From Bugula neritina (taxonomy: Eukaryota; Animalia; Bryozoa): 64,000 bases of DNA. The stretch spans positions 5,561,929 through 5,625,928 of the forward strand of contig OZ037769.1 of NCBI GenBank assembly GCA_964035545.1, written 5' to 3'. Position numbers and translations under genes: made by a program. Under the pieces are notes generated by a model. It was given only the letters and a program-made list of their open reading frames with translations. It was not told the DNA's origin and searched no databases. Shown here one piece after another: positions 60,454 through 64,000 of the stretch (positions within the stretch are counted from its first letter, which is position 1; each line of letters begins with the position of its first letter).

Positions 60454-63136
60454 CTAAAGAAACATTAATTAGTGATTTTATTTTCAATTTATCTATTTAG
60501 ATAATAAACCATCATGTTTCACTAGCTTTATGTACATAAATGGAGTTATTTTAAGAACTTGAAATAAGCTATAATTAATCTAAATGATGCTTTACATAAA
60601 TTTTCTTGTGTAAATATTTCAGTATTTAATGTTGACGCGTATAGTTCAAAGAGTTCTGTGTAAGCTATTATAGAAAAGTTAATATAAACTGGACATGAAG
60701 GACAAATGCACACACCTCTTTACCAATCAGGTTTACAACATGTGATATTATATAATATTACGCAAGCAAGAGTTTTTATACGGGTGTGAATATTTTATTA
60801 CGCAGGCATACATATAGTATACAGGCATACATATATTATACAGCCCTCAGCTGCATAGAAATTTATATCTCACCCACGTAAAATATAAAAATAACTTTTT
60901 ATGTTCCAACATCATATTATTGCACAAGTCTTTAATGCCAATAAACTTCACAAGATCCTAATTCTCATTGAATCATAAACGTGTTTTACTAAAATAGCTA
61001 TACAAATAATGCATTTCCTGATGCCAATTTATACATTCATTCAAGTTACATTTAGTTTTACCGGTCATAACATGAAGATTAGCCCCATTATTTTAAATAG
61101 AAGCATTATAGCCTACTAATATACTTTCCAAATATATATTATATATGTCATATTTCATTAACAGATATGGTAAATATCCAACTCTGCATCTTTCAACTAG
61201 TATAGCTAAGTACTAGCATGGCTTGAGTGGTAAACTAATTGAGTATATTTAGTGTGCTTTTTCACAATAACAGCACTCAGCCCAATATAGTATCACGTCA
61301 TGTTATATTGGATCACCATATATGTAGGAGTTCTCTTCCCATATTTTATGTTCATTATAAAAATAGAGCCAAAGTAAATATATATGCTATATAATGTTAA
61401 AATTTAGTTCAAATAAACTAAATATGCTTTATAATCAACTTGCAGTTATGATGTTAGCCATGAAAATGCATTTATGTTTTTTAAGTATATCTTTACGAGC
61501 TAGCAAATTACTTAAAACTGTTTGTTAGCGAGAAGTAAATTATAAAAAAGTAAAATGCTTCTGGTTTTTTAATTTTTGTTTTGCAGTTGAATTATTTTCC
61601 CAACTTTTATAATTTTGTATAATCATTATTCAATTTATACTATAATGATCTCTCATATATCTGATTCATCCCTTCTTAGATTGAGTAATAAAGTGTCACT
61701 TCCAATTCTGTTAATCATAAGGAATTTAGTAACAATCAGACACTATCTGGTTTTGTAATAACTCAAGTTCTACTTATCTATGATTATTAGCTCACCTGTG
61801 TGCAGACAACTCCTTGTGCCAATCAACAAGTCACAAAACAGACTTTTGCATCATACTTTATGCAACAAATAATTTAGTATAATGGCTACTGCTTTCTAAA
61901 AATTGTTTCATCACCATATCATATCATTGAGTAATGTTTCAGCAGCAGCAATTTTATTTCAATTTTAGATAGTTTACTAAATAAATTTGATAAATTTAGT
62001 CAAACAGCTGTTACTGACTTGTCTTCCATGGTGTGACTAGGTGGACATACAAACTATACAAACATACAATACAGCTCACCTTAGCAAGGACTTCTTTTTC
62101 CTCCAGCACCTCTCGAAATGATCTCACTCACAGTCGTAGTTCTAGAAATTTCTCTTGATTACCAGCTAATTTTTGTGGCATTAATTTACTCTACTTTGAA
62201 CTTTGTGTTGCATAAGGTTGAGTGAGAAGCAGTAATTAGCTCTAATAGCTATTATCATCTCCTCAAGCTATACACTGTTTCAGATAATGTAATTTCTTAC
62301 AATGCCTGGTGATATCATCAATTAGCATATAAACTTATATCATGTTATTAAAAATTGTTACTATAATTATATATTCCAATTACCTCTAATCTATCTCCAT
62401 TGTTTCTGTAGAATCTAATAGAAATAATTATTCATAGACTACATTGTAGATAAAAATATTTTAAATAACTGCCACCTGCACATACTTGTAATAATCTTAC
62501 TATATAATAGTGTTACTGGTACTTCAAAGTATGCATTTTATTACATATAGAGAACTTGATGTCGAAATATTTATTATTGAAAGACAATCAAAGGCAAAGT
62601 TGACCAAGTATTGATTAGAATAGCCATTTGCTAGTCAGAGTTCAAACAAGAGCTATACTATAGTAAGCTGTAGAACCAAAATGCTATAATAGTAAATAAT
62701 ACAGTTTAAATAGCTCATCTATCAAAACATCTGTGCATCTGTTTTATAAGCTGATGTATCAATAGGTTTTTTGCTACATCAATAATATAATTTAAAACTG
62801 TGCATGCTTTTCAGAAGCTTTTTTTGCTTTTCCAAAAAAAATGAGTAGTAGCAATTTAATGACTCATGATATATAAGATATTATGTAATCTAAATTGAAT
62901 TTCTACCTAAACTAATTACAACTTTGAGAAGTGTACCAATATAAGCCATTTGTTTGGCAGAGTTTCCCAAACTTATAATCATGGCCGCCTGAGATGTGAA
63001 ACTTGTTATTTCACTAAATCCGCACCTGCCTCATATTAACCAACTTTATTGAGTCTGTAACAGCAAGAGACGTGTTTTGACTGTTGATTTATATAACTGA
63101 GCTGATTGCCTTACACTTCGATGCTGCAAATAGAGT

Positions 63137-63585
63137 GTAGGGGTAACGGGGGGGGGGGGGGGGGGGGCACAACGGTCATAGGGGTACAAAAAGCCGGCCA
63201 AATTGTGAGAGAACTTATTGACTTAGAGTTTTGATTTTTCTTTCATAAAAAGATATTGACATAATTATTCAGCCTTTGTAGTTTCAACACTTGCGGAACA
63301 TACGTGTTGAAAAGGCGAGTAAAAAACTGTTTTTACCTACTTTTTGTAAATTTTTTAGGATGTCGTTAAAGCTTTATAACTTTTTACACTCAAAGGCAAG
63401 AAGCCTATATTTTACTAATATTGTTGCCATTGCTTGTCTCTACATTGCTTAACTAGTATAACAGCAAACTCTAAAATAAATTTTCCTCGAGGCACATTTA
63501 TTTTCAATTTGGCCACACGGGGCACAATGGGTCACGCTGACCGGGGCACAACGGGCCACCTGATTATTGCACCCTGATCACTGTT
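63137..63585. mobile_element. Possible DNA-transposon remnant with repeated GGGGCACAA(C/T)GG motifs
   Basis: ggggcacaacgg at ~63164 and ~63543, ggggcacaatgg at ~63519; inverted ggccaaattg/caatttggcc. No complete TIR pair seen. Confidence 0.4.
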
Positions 63586-64000
63586 ATTAGTTTGTTTGCC
63601 CAAAAAGTTGGTTGAAATGTTACTAAAATCTATAGACAGAGCTATTTCTGACCTTTTTGTAAAATATCAAAGACATCATGGTAAGAGTACCAAACTACAA
63701 GGTGAAGCTCCTTTAATATTTACATCTGGTGAGGTTAAAGTTTTGCTATTTAATACATAATACAAAACACTCTGCTGTTGCTACTAGTAAATAGTCATGA
63801 TATTCATTATACATTATATCATTGAGGGAATATACATGTATCTGACTAAAATAAATTGTGATTTGCTCATTTGCTCCCCCTCCCCTCTCCCTTTCGTACT
63901 CCGGCCACAAACCGAAGCCATGCACCTTAGCTACAGTTCATAGAAAAAAGTCCACTCAAAATTTTGTAGCATATGTTACTAAAGTTTTTTTTCTGATGAA

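Noticed and set aside
63148-63167. Poly-G/C runs as G-quadruplex elements (also ~1097-1111, ~46012-46024)
   Set aside because: Isolated homopolymers of uncertain length with no supporting context.

Overview
AT-rich, intron-containing animal genomic DNA (compact invertebrate genome; a spiralian/lophotrochozoan origin is my inference, not shown). No prokaryotic systems, CRISPR arrays or rRNA/tRNA genes. I reconstructed seven spliced genes by hand from GT-AG junctions and reading-frame phase: 3' part of COMMD5 (+), RCC1 (-), a GOLM1/GOLM2(CASC4)-family Golgi protein (-), STK11IP (-), mitochondrial tRNA thiouridylase TRMU (+), and two tandem uncharacterised minus-strand genes with N-terminal PTB/PH-like domains. 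One of these two carries articulin/alveolin-like VPV repeats. There is also a candidate small single-pass membrane protein gene. Introns contain a tRNA-derived SINE family (4 copies), a 5'-truncated RTE LINE with a 16-bp TSD, at least three MITE families and many minisatellites. The most unusual signals are: (1) minisatellites that sit on exon-intron junctions and amplify splice donors, acceptors or branch points; (2) 'drifting hexamer' tracts just downstream of the inferred start of the housekeeping transcripts; (3) a PTB + VPV-repeat + RS-rich protein; (4) an intronic element complementary to a 5' splice site, with a competing decoy copy.
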